Counted from the first letter of the stretch, positions 27,524 to 40,043 are shown. The stretch: 64,000 bases of DNA from Proteromonas lacertae (GCA_002245135.1 NGBS01001181.1:1-64000), one strand, 5' to 3'. The notes: generated by a model not told the origin, from the letters alone. Numbers and translations are program-made.

Positions 27524-28694
27524 GAATGTATATTGTGAGTGATCTTCTTAGGCCAACATCTCTTAAAACTTCTACAGAAATTCAATACTTCTCTCATCGA
27601 ATCTAATCTAGTAATTAATGCATTTTCAATAATAGTGACATGAAATTTAACAGTTTTTAATTCTTCTCTTAATATATGCCTAGCTTGATTCACCGTATTC
27701 ACTCTATTCATAATAATAATAATAATACTTTGGATCAGTGGTTTGTCTTTTAAAATATTCATCATCACTTATCACTTCTTTTTCATTACCACCTAATGCC
27801 ATTAAATAATCACCAAATAAATTCAAACATAATGGTTCAGCACCTTCATCTATACCACTCAATGTACATGCATCTAATGGTGGATTACTATGTAATTCAA
27901 ATAACTTGGTGGTTGTATTAATATCAAAGAATATCACTCCTGTATCAATTAATACTTGTTTTTCATTTTTATAATAAGCTTTCTTTTCTAGTATTTCTTT
28001 GGGTTGGAAATGTTGGTAATATTTTAATACCTCTGTGTTGTTTGGAGCATGTACAAATACACCAAATCTTGGAGATAACTCAATTGCACCAGGAATTGCT
28101 AATACTGTTACTCCTGATTCTGACCAGTCGTAGGTGTAATTATCAGGAACGTTGAATATTGATTTACTCATACAAACAAACATACCTGGTGGACAATTTT
28201 CACCTAATTTCACTAAAGAATCTAAAACTGCATCGATTGAGTTTAAAGAATCGTCATTACTTCCTACAAATGGTAAAGATGACCAACTCTAATAATAATA
28301 TGCATAAAATTAATATATATACTTCACCACATAATGCTTGATATGGTATAATACCGCTAGCTCCTCCAGAGTGTACAATAAGTATTCTTTTACCAATTAA
28401 TGCATCTACTGATATTGCACCATAACCATCAACCGCAGCAAGGTGTTCAGCAGCATGAAACAGAGCATTCATTGTTATGCCTCCGCTAACCAAAAATATT
28501 ACAAAGAAAAAGCATACCTTCCCATAACATTACCAGGCATAGGATCTGGAACTACAATAAATGTGGCTTTTGGTAGATCAACTCCTTTTCTTCTAGCAAT
28601 CTCAGCTTCATATGCTGCTGCCTACATAAATTAAATAATCAAATTATTTTACCTTTTTATGGTCTGTAGCGGTTATAATTATACAATCAAACAT
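25197..28694 (-). CDS. FKGP: Bifunctional L-fucokinase / fucose-1-phosphate guanylyltransferase family protein
   Basis: N-terminal VVPDP..GG.T, ILIVHSGG and IDTGV; C-terminal GHMP kinase ARLNLMGGWLDLPP, LPKGCGLGGSSILAA, EQLLTSGGGWADQ, GAGGGGF. Confidence 0.85.
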
Positions 28695-28874
28695 TTTATG
28701 AAATATTTAAATCAATTCTATTGGTTATTTTGAATTTGAAAGAGAGTAAAAGCAAAATATGCATATATATTTCAATAAATCCAACTAGCACTATAAGATT
28801 AAACATAATAATTAAATTATTATTATAAAAATTCTATAAACTACGAATTACGGAAGAAGAAAATCAATTCTGTG

Positions 28875-29278
28875 CTAACTCTTTATTTTTGTTTTACTTA
28901 ACACTTTATTCCTTAAATCATCATCAAGAAAGTTTAAATATCCAAATGATGATCTTCTATGTCTTTCTTCTTTATATGTCTTATTTGATTTAAGCTTTGC
29001 TTCATCTTGCATAATCTAGAATATTATTATTTAACTAAGATGCTATACTCTATTCACAACTACTGATGAAAAAATGACAAGATAATATAGGACTATTAAA
29101 ATTATTAACAATCCAACAAATAGAAAGAACTAAAAATGAATGACAATAAAGCATACATATTTTCAAAAATCTGTGAATAACCAAAATATTCATCAAAATG
29201 AATTCTTATATATTTGACTAATGATTTGGTACAATACCCTAAACCAAAACCACTCAATATAAGAAGAAATAAACTCAT
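28875..29278 (-). CDS. Small hypothetical membrane protein
   Basis: MSLFLLILSGFGLG...; two GTAT..TAG introns; hydrophobic FFLFVGLLIILIVLYYLVIFSSVVV. Needs a 1-nt correction near 29160. Confidence 0.4.
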
Positions 29279-29324
29279 TTTCAATTTGTGAAACGAATAT
29301 ATTTTAATTAAAAATCATTTTTTG

Positions 29325-29683
29325 ATGGATAGTGAATCTAGTGATTCAGAATATGAAGATTATATCCCAGATGATTTTCATCAAGACACAAAACCATTGT
29401 TAATTCAAAGAAAGAGGATATTACCAGATAGAAAACTAAAGCCTGAAGAAGTTCAGTATAAATAAAACTTATGTTGTAACTAGATATATATCAAGATATG
29501 GTTCAGTTCCTGAGAAAATTGAAGCACTCACTGATTCTAATAATTTAAGGTATTAGTATCATGCATTTAATCATTAATAGATTTAAAGGAGTTTACGATG
29601 CTGATCCATGGGATGGTATATGCATATTCATAATGTTGGGTGTAATTGGATATATTATGTATGTTTTAATAGTTAAGGAATAA
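29325..29683 (+). CDS. Small hypothetical tail-anchored membrane protein
   Basis: Three exons splice in frame (MDSESSDSEYEDY...DPWDGICIFIMLGVIGYIMYVLIVKE*), with a C-terminal hydrophobic helix. Confidence 0.65.
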
Positions 29684-29777
29684 TATTTATAACATTTTTC
29701 ATTTTTTGATTTTATTGAAAATGTTTTTAGATTTGTTCTGTATATATTCACAAAATACACAAAAACAACAACAAATT

Positions 29778-31008
29778 CTAATCTTTCTTACTATCATTCT
29801 TCTTTAACAACTCATCTAGTTCTTTCCCACTCATACCATATCTATGACCATCAGCACTAGTAATATTCTTCTGTTTATCACCTTCTTTATCTAAATTACC
29901 AAATAACTCCTGACTATTCTTTGTATTTAATAAGTCTTTAAGATTAACCTTTGGTTTACTTGGTTTTAAAGGGAGTTGTTGAGTTTTACATGGACACCAT
30001 CCTCCAAAAAATATCACATCACATGTAACTAAGACTTTACCATTATTTTCATTCTTTAATTCATTCTATACATCAATTATATACATCAATAAAAACTAAT
30101 ATAAATATATATATACATTATAAATATGTTTAACTCTATTCACTATTTTCTTAGTTAATGGCAATCTTTCAACACTACTACTCAATTGTTCACCCATTCC
30201 TCTAATATGTTCAATTATTTCATCAAATGAATCATATTCTAACACATATTTTCTATGATCAACATGACCTATATTAAAGTCATTAGTTTGTAATAGCCAA
30301 GCTATTTCACTACATTGTAATTGTGGATTGATTCTGGGACTTACTTTGTTTCTCATTTCTGTTTCTGCTAGAAAGAAACATTCTTTTATTTCTTTTAGAC
30401 TTTCTCCTCCAAGTACACAACCACTAAAATATCCATCTGGTTTTAGTACTCTTCTTATTTCTTTTAACGCTAAGTCTAAATTATTAGTCCAGTGAAGAGA
30501 TAGACAACTTGTTACTAAATTGAAACTCTCATCTTTAAAAGGGAGTAATTCTTCATCTATTACAAATTGATGACTTTCAACTATATATATATATATATAT
30601 TAATAATAAATGATGATGAAAAATGAGTATAATATTTATACTTCCTTCGACTTCTGTCTTTTTTGTTAATTTCAGTAATTCAACTATAATGATAATATAA
30701 TAAAATAGTCCAATGTATACTTGCTTTATCACATTCAAAAATTGTAGTTACACCTTGTTTTCCAGATATTGCTTTCTTAATTTCACCTCCACTACATCCA
30801 ATATCACATAATAATGGAAATTTATATTTTATATCACTCAATCTATCAACCATATCTATAGCGCATTGTTCTCTTATATAATTATAATCGAAATAACTAT
30901 TGGACATTGCTATGCTGTTTTTATGTGCAATCTTCAATGCTATCAGATACAATAAATTGATGCACAAATACATCTATTGAAAACATTCTTTATTAGAGTT
31001 TTACTCAT
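29778..31008 (-). CDS. NDUFAF5: Complex I assembly factor NDUFAF5 (SAM-methyltransferase fold)
   Basis: VFNRSLK, DRLSDIK.KFP, DIGCSGG, DEELLPF, LSLHWTN, VLKPDGYF, VSPRI, RGMGE, GWCP..Q.PLKP. Confidence 0.85.
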
Positions 31009-31135
31009 TCTTTTTAATTTTTGTGGGTTATAAAAATAAATTGGGGTTGCGGAAAATATAAAAGAAAAAACAAATTATATAACTATTTACAGCATAATTA
31101 CATTAATAATTGTTCATTTTACAACCAATTTATAC

Positions 31136-33255
31136 TTATTTATCTAATAAATCATGTTTTGTGTAAAACTCGTTGACTGCTTTTTTGTCATATTTATTTC
31201 CTTCTATAGTCAACTTTTTAAGACTCTTTAGATTACTAACTATGTCATCAATATCAGATAATCCTTGCTTTTGTATATTGTTATCTATATATATATATAT
31301 TATAAATCAATAACAATCATAAAAAATACAAGCCAAATACAATTCTTCCAGTTTTGTCATACATATCAATGATTTACATAATGTTTTAACACCTGTATCA
31401 GTAATCAAGTTATCTAAATAAATGTATAAATAAACATTATATATAATTATACTTGCAAGAGATAATTGAGTTAAATTCTTCAATACAGTCATTGAATTTG
31501 AAAATATATTTATACCTTTACTTGTTATGTCATTATCTAAATTCATTTATTAAAATAAATGATTTATACTATGCAACCATAATAGTTTTAATGATGTTAT
31601 ATAAGAAAGATTTTTACACAATTCAACAAGACCACTGTCTTCTATCCTATTACCATGAATTTTCAATTCTGTTAGTCTAGCAAGATTTGAGATTATTGAT
31701 GTAAGGGATAATATTCCATCTTTTGTTAATGCATTATCTATAAACATGTATAATGATTGCTTAAATACTAAACAAACTAAGATTCTGTATTTGTTTCAAA
31801 GAAGATAATGAATTGCATAAATAACAGAAACTTTTATTTGTCATATTGGTTGAACCAACATTTATTACTTTGAGATTTACACAGTTTGTTAAATATTTTG
31901 ATAATACTTTTATACCAACATCACCTAATGGATTTGAAGATATATCAATCATTGTTAAATTCTTTAAATACTTAAACTGTTGACAAATTAGTTCTAACCC
32001 TATACATGTTATTTCATTTTCCCAGATTGATAAAGTTTCTAAACAAGGTAAACTACTGATTATTTCTGCAATATATATCATATGTATATCATTTAATTTA
32101 CAATCTAATGTAATAAATACAAATGTTAATATATATACTAGAAAAGCCAATTTGTTTAACAGATAATAGGTTTGATATTTTTGGTGCAATAGAATCAATA
32201 TATTTATAAAGATCATTATTAAAACTAATCAAGTTATAATAATTCTTCCAGCATAATGAATCAATTATTATAGTTTCAACTTCATCAAATTTAATTTTTG
32301 GAATTATAAATGACTTTTTATTGACTGTAAGTATTATTTCTACAATTAATTTGAAATATTCTTCCTTTTTCTCATTATTATACAATCCCAACAATCTAGA
32401 TATATCATCTTCAGATTTTGATAATAATGATATAATTTCTTTTTTACTGTTTATTCTTTCTTCCATAAAATATAGTTTAATTAAATCAAAATTCATTACT
32501 TTATCAGGCTCAACTGGTAAATATTTGTCTTTAAATTCAGACACTATTCTTTTAATATCTATCCTTTTTTTCACATCTTGTATTAAGCATAGTGATATTA
32601 TTGTTTTGATAACATCTGGTACTTTCTCTTTATTCTTTATTGATTTATAATTGCATGATAATATATTAGAAATAACAGTAGTGATATCTTCATCATAAAA
32701 AGGTTGTTCATTCGTGTATAAATAGTATAGAATACATCCTAATGACCAAATATCATCAGATTTGTCATATTCTCCATTCTTCAGTCTATTTGGACTTGAA
32801 TACATGATTGCATAGTAATTATCTATTTTATAAAATGACTTATCTAATATGTAGTAATAAACATATGGAAAAAGTAATTTCTCATCTTTCAAAAATAGAA
32901 ATTCTGGTGATAATATTACATAAACTATATTTTGAGAATGTAAATAATCAAGACCTTGAAAAATTCCTTCAATTATTTCGTCGTATGAATTAAATAATTT
33001 TTCTAAATATGGAACTTTCAGTTGTTCTTCTAATGTATCAACTTTTGGTAGAGTCATCAATAAATTGTTATTTTCACAATACATTACAACTGGTTTTAGT
33101 ATGTTCTCATGATCTAAGCCATTTATTTTTGACATCTAGTATGAAATATTGACATTTATTACTATAATTTATACATAATCTTTGTAATTATCATAAGCAT
33201 TTACATGAATAGTTTTTATAATCATATGTCCTTTATTAATGTCGATATTATTCAT
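31136..33255 (-). CDS. Pseudokinase fused to ribonuclease-inhibitor-type leucine-rich repeats
   Basis: Kinase core (HENIL, GLDYLHS, DIWSLGCILY) lacking the Gly loop, HRD and DFG; C-terminal LRRs such as LETLSIWENEITCIG, LTMIDISSNPLGDVG and LTELKIHGNRIEDSG. Confidence 0.8.
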
Positions 33256-33320
33256 TTAAAAGTTACTACATATACCAAAATTTTTGAAACCCATATAATA
33301 ATTTTTCAATTTTATATATA

Positions 33321-34096
33321 ATGACAACTGCAAATAAACCCACATGGCATCCAGTGAGAGCAGGCACTAGTGGAATATATATAGGAGGTATATTGAAAAC
33401 TAATATTTTGAATAGCAAACTTAACAACACATAAATCAGCAAGAGATGCACCAGGAGAATTAACATTGAAAGTTAGAAAAAATGGGCAAGGTACAAATGA
33501 AGAACTTATGGGAAAGAATCTAATGAAAGGTACTTTTAAATATATTATCTATATATAGAATTGGAAGAAAGAGAAGCAGAACATAGGAAAAAATTGTTGG
33601 AAGAAGGTCTTATAAAAGAAGAAGATTCCAAAAATAAAGCACTACCTTTACAAATAGAGAGTTTTGATAATAATAAATCAACAAATGAAACAGAAATAAT
33701 AGATGATGATGCAGATGATGAAGTAAAAGATGACAGTGACAGTAGTTCAGATGAAGATATTGATTCGTATATATCAGTTGTTGAATATTATAATATAGGG
33801 ATGATGAAGAACGACTATTACAACAAGAAATAGAAAAAATAAAAAAAGAGAGGCAAGAAGAGGAAGAAAGGAAAGAAAAGGAACTGAAATTGGCTGAAGA
33901 AAAACGAAGGGAAGAAATTGCATTGAAAGGTAATCCGTTGTTGAATAGTGATTTTACTGTTAAACGAAGATGGGATGATGACGTGATTTTTAGAAATCAA
34001 GCAAAAAATGAGCCAAAAAGTCGTAAAAAGAGGTTTGTTAATGATACTATAAGAAGTGATTTTCATTTAGATTTTATGAAGAGATATTTTAAATAA
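33321..34096 (+). CDS. CWC15: Spliceosome-associated protein CWC15
   Basis: [14 protein letters not shown]....[43 protein letters not shown]. Confidence 0.93.
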
Positions 34097-34198
34097 CTGA
34101 TTATTTATATTTATGTAAAGTTATTTCAGTAAGATTTTTTTTTTTGATAATAAAATCAGTTTTTGTTTGGTGATTTGAAAATTCTTTTTTTTACCTAA

Positions 34199-34735
34199 AT
34201 GGCTAACCCATTATTAAATCAAGGAGGACCACAAATAACAGTTGATGGGTATATAAGTATTAATAATAAAAATAACCATTTTACTGTGGAAGGTAATAAA
34301 TTTTCAGATTTAAAGAAAACACTAAAAAAATATTACCAATCTTTAAATACAAATAATATTACAAATCCAGGTGGTAATAGTATAAATGATAGTACCCCCA
34401 TAAATGCAAAGTTTTTATTAGTAGTGAATAGAAATAGGATAATGCTAGATAATGATTATGGAACAAGCCAATTGTTAGCTGGAGATGTAGATCCTTTATC
34501 TGCACGCAATATCGTGAATAGAATTAATACTTTACAGAGAGGTGATTTATTAACTCCATCTTCAATCAGCCAGCAACCTGTAAATGATATACAACCCTTT
34601 AAAAGCGAAAGTAGTGAATTAAACGTAAGAGATGTAAGTAATGTGGATTTGTATACACAAAATAAACTAGAAACGGAATCAACTATAACTATAAGTAACC
34701 TAGAAGTAGTTTATATAACAATAGATGGTGGTTAA
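34199..34735 (+). CDS. Intronless hypothetical protein, paralogue of 36631-37090
   Basis: 178-aa ORF sharing FT..G.K..DLK..LK and F..VVN...I.LDN.YG with the downstream copy. Confidence 0.55.
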   Translation: MANPLLNQGGPQITVDGYISINNKNNHFTVEGNKFSDLKKTLKKYYQSLNTNNITNPGGNSINDSTPINAKFLLVVNRNRIMLDNDYGTSQLLAGDVDPLSARNIVNRINTLQRGDLLTPSSISQQPVNDIQPFKSESSELNVRDVSNVDLYTQNKLETESTITISNLEVVYITIDGG

Positions 34736-35324
34736 ACTTATAAATATTCAATTATTATTTTATATACTATTATTAATAGATTAATATTTACATTTTTATT
34801 AATAATAGGGGGGGGGAACTTGTATACCATTTATCACCATCATTCTCATTGTATCTAACCCATTCTCATTGTAATTAACAGTCTTTATTTGAAATGAGCT
34901 GTGTACTTGCATGTCCTACTTTAAACTATTCTACTATTCATATTTATATTAACTGTTGTTATATAGACGCATGAAACAACCACATTACACTTTTAGAGGA
35001 CGTGAGTAGAATATACAACTGCAATGGAAATATTCCTATAGATAATAACTAGATAGGATATATTTTGTGGGTATTGTAACTTTTTAAACATAATATTCAA
35101 TTCAAAATTTGTGGACTATCCACCATAAAAAGACTAAAAATATTGTTCATACTGTTGTGTTACAATATCATTAACTTATATATATATATTGAAATCAAGT
35201 GTAATTAAATATATAGATATTTTCTTCATTTTTTTGTGTAACAAACCTCTTAATAAAATACATTTTTAATTCATTTTCATTATTTTCTGTTAAAATACTA
35301 AAATAAGTATTAATCTTATCAATT

Positions 35325-35853
35325 TTAGAAAAATACACTTCCAAGTCTTCACTAATAATTAATATTAGCTATATGAGATTTCATTAATTGAGCTGCGATT
35401 TGTATAATTCTACTAATCTTCTTTTAACATTCTTTCCATGCATAAGTTAAATCAGTGCAATAATTATTAAATTTCTATTCTTGTTATAAGACAATCTTGG
35501 TGCTTTCTGGTATTTCTATTCCCATTCTATCTAAACACTCTGCTTCATGAATTAATTGTAATATTTCATGGTCAAAGTTGACATATAGCTTGCTATCATC
35601 TGGATGTCTGATAATTAAAGTGGCTTGTAGACCAGTCTTGGCAAAGTCAATACTTTGTTTTAACAATCTTTATTGCTTTTTTTGTAATTAATACACTCTT
35701 ATTAGTTTCAAATCTTTTCATTACTTCTTCTATTCTCTTTAATAAGTGTGTAGACCATGTAATATTGCCTGCAAATGGTGGTAAATTTCGTGGAATTGAT
35801 GGAGCACCTTTGTATTTCTTTTATAGAGCTTGAACTGCTTCCTATTCTATTCC
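35325..35853 (-). pseudogene. Decayed fragment of an axonemal outer-arm dynein heavy chain (gamma/DNAH5-DNAH8 type, N-terminal tail)
   Basis: Reads IPRNLPPFAGNITWSTHLLKRIEE, then a deletion/frameshift near 35658, then QSIDFAKTGLQATLIIRHPDDSKLYVNFDHEILQLIHEAECLDRMGIEIPESTKIVL*QE*KF. Several nonsense codons; no start codon. Confidence 0.85.
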
Positions 35854-36630
35854 ACCTACTACATCATTGAATTCACCAGCTACTAATCATACCGAATAAG
35901 AGTGTATTGTTAAACAAACATCTGTTCCTGATGCGAGTGACAACTCTAAATTTTCTTTTAATTTTCTCCATTTCAATAGTTGCAATGGACTAATTATAAT
36001 ATAACTGTAAATGTACATTGTGAAATGTATTATCTGTTATGAACTATAAATCAAAAAAGTATTATATTACTTATTCATATATTTACAATTTTTTTATGCT
36101 TAGAGTGAGATGTTACTATAGTTTATAATTGTGTTATGCACTTTATTGTTGTATATAACATGGTGTACTAGTTGTTCATGTATATTATTGATAAAAAAAA
36201 CAAAAATTATATATATTTGGAAATGTTTCTTTATATTGATAATATTTTTTATATTTTATGCATTAGTGCAATTTATTATGTCATAATCTCTATTCAAATA
36301 TGATTAGTAGTTTTTTTTAAGCAAATTTAAAATTATAAAAATTAGTTTTTCTTTTTTTAAAGCCTGTTCAAAAGTAGAATATTTTCTTAATACATTGTGA
36401 AATTTTTTTTCTCCAATTCATTCTCTAACATAATGAAAAATCGAAAAGAAAATGTTAAAAAGAGAATATCGCAAACACGATCCGATCCTTGTATACAATC
36501 CCTATTTGCAAAATAGATTTTAGTTATTATTAAGAAAACTATTGGCTATTAGGTTTGATATAAATTTCTTTCACGTTAGTAGACAATTTAAAAACAAAAT
36601 ATAATACTGGCGACATTTATAAAGGGAAAT

Positions 36631-37090
36631 ATGTATAAATATGGTGTATATAAGCAATTTACATTATATGGTAGTAAATTAGAAGATTTAAAGAGATTGC
36701 TAAAATCACAACACATCTCTCTTAATACATTTAATATTTTAGATATATATGGCCACACTATTCATGATAATATAACTCTAAAAGATGAGTTTATGGTTGT
36801 GGTTAATACAGATAATATTATTTTAGATAATGAATATGGGAGAAAAAATGAGTTAGAAATAGATAAAGACACTTTACTACTTCGATATCATAATACGATT
36901 AAATAAAAACAAAGAGCCTATAGATGGAATAGATGTTATAAATTGTAATTCATGCACAACTGACTATGTACAAAGAAGAGATGTAATTAACAATGATATT
37001 TATACAACATTTAATCAACATAATTTATTTACAATATTTAGTAAAGCAGTCAAAAGAAGGAACCCAAATGAACTTCAAATAAAGTTGTAA
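36631..37090 (+). pseudogene. Frameshifted or truncated paralogue of 34199-34735
   Basis: ORF 36631-36906 matches the upstream copy. Another frame after the stop gives VQRRDVINNDIYT, versus LNVRDVSNVDLYT upstream. Confidence 0.45.
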
Positions 37091-37320
37091 ATATAATTAT
37101 ACATATGTAAATAATCCTCTTATATACTCATGTTTATGATATTTTGAAATGATGTTTATTTTTAATAACCATTCACCTTTAGCTTTGTTGCATAAAATGC
37201 ATATTCATTCCATAAATAATATATAGTAAAGTTCATGCTTATAATGAATATCGTTTGAATTACAATTGATTTTTAAGATTTTAATTCTTTTGTAATATTA
37301 TATGTGCTAACATTTGTATA

Positions 37321-37343
37321 TATGTATGTATGTATGTATGTAT
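37321..37343. repeat. (TATG)n microsatellite
   Basis: tatgtatgtatgtatgtatgtat. Confidence 0.9.
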
Positions 37344-37385
37344 TTTTGCGCTATTCTTTCATAAGTTTACTAATTGGTGTAACAT

Positions 37386-38847
37386 ATGGAAAGAGAGTTA
37401 TTATATTTTGATAACATTTCAGAATGCTTGGATAAAAACAATTTGTCTATTTCTCTTTTCAAATACGCAACAGAGAAGTATAATAGCCTGATTAATATAT
37501 ATTAGAGGAAATGATGATAGTGAAGAATATAATACCAAAGGAAATGCGCTAAGAAAATTGTATAGGCTGTTACAATAGTTATATATAGTAAACCTCTTCA
37601 ATCACTCATTCAGTTCAAAAGTGCTGTTATATCATCTCCAAATATATTGAAATATCGTTTCAACTATTGCATTCAATTAGAACAAATTGGTTTTCGAGCA
37701 GTATAAGAGTTTAATTATTACAATAGAAAGCAAAATCAGAGTATATTATATTGTTATCACTCTATCCATTGTTTATTGACGGGTGGGTGAATTTAGGAGC
37801 ATTGTATTTGAAAGATAAAGAGTTAGATAAAGCGTTAAGTTGTATTTTAATTTCTCTTTCACTTGATTCAAACAATTCAAATCGTAATTATAGCTATACA
37901 ATAAATATCATCATTTTATTTATAGGCATTTTACAATTTGAATAATATATTGAGAATATCAGGATCAACGAAATTCATCATAGATTTGATGAATAATTAC
38001 TTAAACAAGAATTATAACATACCATTATTCTCCATACAAAAAGAAATAGACAAAACTGATATAGTTTATTCAAAATTGACTTTTACAATTATCTGTGTGA
38101 AATGGGGCAAGAAATATGGATCAGAATATGTAAACAAATTATCAAGAGCAATTAAAAAGTATGATTATTATAGTTATATAATATCAACTAGATATTTTCA
38201 TTATCCTTTTGAATTTGTTGTATTAACAGATAATCAAGAGGGAATTGATGAAGATTTAAAGGTATAAAAATGTTATTAATAAATAGATTATACCTCTTCC
38301 GTATGGATTAGAAGGTTGGTGGAATAAGATATTTATATTTAACATACCAACTAATTCAGAGAGATGTATTTATATAGACTTAGATACTGTAATATGTGGA
38401 AATATAGATTTTGTATAGTTCAATTATTCTATTATATATATATATAGCTTGCATCTTTTAATGAAGATTTTGGTATATTAGGAACTGAAGGTTTTTCAAA
38501 TGAACAAAGAAATGATGGATATAACAGCAGTATAGTGTTATGGAATTCAAATCATTACAGCAATTTAACAACTCATTTTCTTGAATTCAAGGATGTATAT
38601 CTTTATATATTATTTTCATGTGTTAATATAGATATTTTTAAAGTATGTTTACAGGTTAGATCATTGGCTGGAAATGATGATCCCAAACGCAACAATTCTT
38701 CAAAAAGTATATCCAAAATACTTTTTAGAGTATGTACATGATTGTAAAGATAAAGAAATACCATTTGATGGAAGAATTGTCAACTTTCCTTTAAATCCTA
38801 AACCACATCAAATAAAAGACGATTGGATCGTTAAATATTGGAAATAA
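37386..38847 (+). CDS. TPR-repeat protein fused to a GT-A-type glycosyltransferase domain
   Basis: TPR-like YNTKGNALRK and GWVNLGALYL..ELDKA. Then ICVKWGKKYGSEYVNKL, FEFVVLTD, GWWNKIFIF, IYIDLDTVI (DxD), YNSSIVLW and NFPLNPKPHQ..DWIVKYW. Many short introns. Confidence 0.75.
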
Positions 38848-38979
38848 ATTATATTTAACATCTTTATTAAAGATACATCTTTTTTGTTAGAGAGAAAATA
38901 ACAGAAAAACAATTTTGTGATTTGATCAAATCTTGTTGTGGTTTGAAGGTTTGATACTTTTTTTTTCATTTCTTCATCA

Positions 38980-40043
38980 ATGGGAAAGATATTTGATTAT
39001 GTAAAAGATGTGCCATTATACACTTTATCGTTAATAATATTTTGTTCTGTTGTTTTAATTATAACAGACTTTATTGATGAAAGTCTTGTGTTTAAACTGT
39101 CCGAAAGACCAATCAGTATTGTTGAAAACTATGAAATATATGTATACTATACCTTTTATACATTATAGAGACTTATTACAGGACAATTCCTTCATGGTGG
39201 TTTTATGCATCTTGGAATGAATATGTTTACAATGTACTCATTTGGATATTATCTTGAAAAATCATTTGGCACAATTCGTTTTTTTTTCATTAATATGGCA
39301 ATTTGTATAGTTGGTGGTATTTTATTTACATTATACTATTATATAATGTACTTTATGTATTATTACATTATATTTATAATATTATTTATAGAACAGGGGA
39401 TAATAGTTATATTCATACTCAAGCAGTTGGTTATTCAGGTGTTTTATTTGGATTATTGGTTATAGAAACAACATTTACAACAGCTGAATCACGTTCAGTA
39501 TTTGGCTGTTTTGATGTTCCAACTAGATTATATCCTTTTGTAATGGCTATTTTAATAAGCATCGTATTAAGAGGTGTGTCATTTGTTGGTCATGCATGTG
39601 GTATTTTAGCAGGATTTATGTGTTTACAGAATTGGTTATGCTTTTTAATACCTTCTATTAAACAATGTCAGAATATTCAAGAATCTCGTTGTTTTCATCC
39701 TATTTATAAGCTATATAATTATTGTCCAGTTCCAAATAACAACACATTGGTAGATGGATCTAAATCATTCATGGAATTATTAAGCGATATATGGTATTAT
39801 ATTAAATATGTGTTTGTATTTATCAAAAATGTATTAGGGTGTTTATTGACATGTGGTAAAAAGAGTGGTGGTAGTGGTAGCAATAATAATAAGTCATCTC
39901 CTCCAACATATTCTTCATCTGTAAGAAATGGAGGTTATACAAGGGTAAGTACAAATGAAGAAAGTAATGGGGATAGTGAAAGATGGAATCAAAGTCAAGG
40001 TATATTTACTGGTGTTGGTCATAAGTTAAATGAAGAATTATAA
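38980..40043 (+). CDS. Rhomboid-family intramembrane serine protease
   Basis: YRL.T..FLHGGFMHLGMNM, LEKSFGT, catalytic GYSGVLFG and SFVGHACGILAG. Confidence 0.88.

Noticed and set aside
34808..34875. Telomeric or transposon terminal repeat (G9 run and 13-bp direct repeat)
   Set aside because: No tandem array, terminal inverted repeat, target-site duplication or transposase/RT coding sequence visible.
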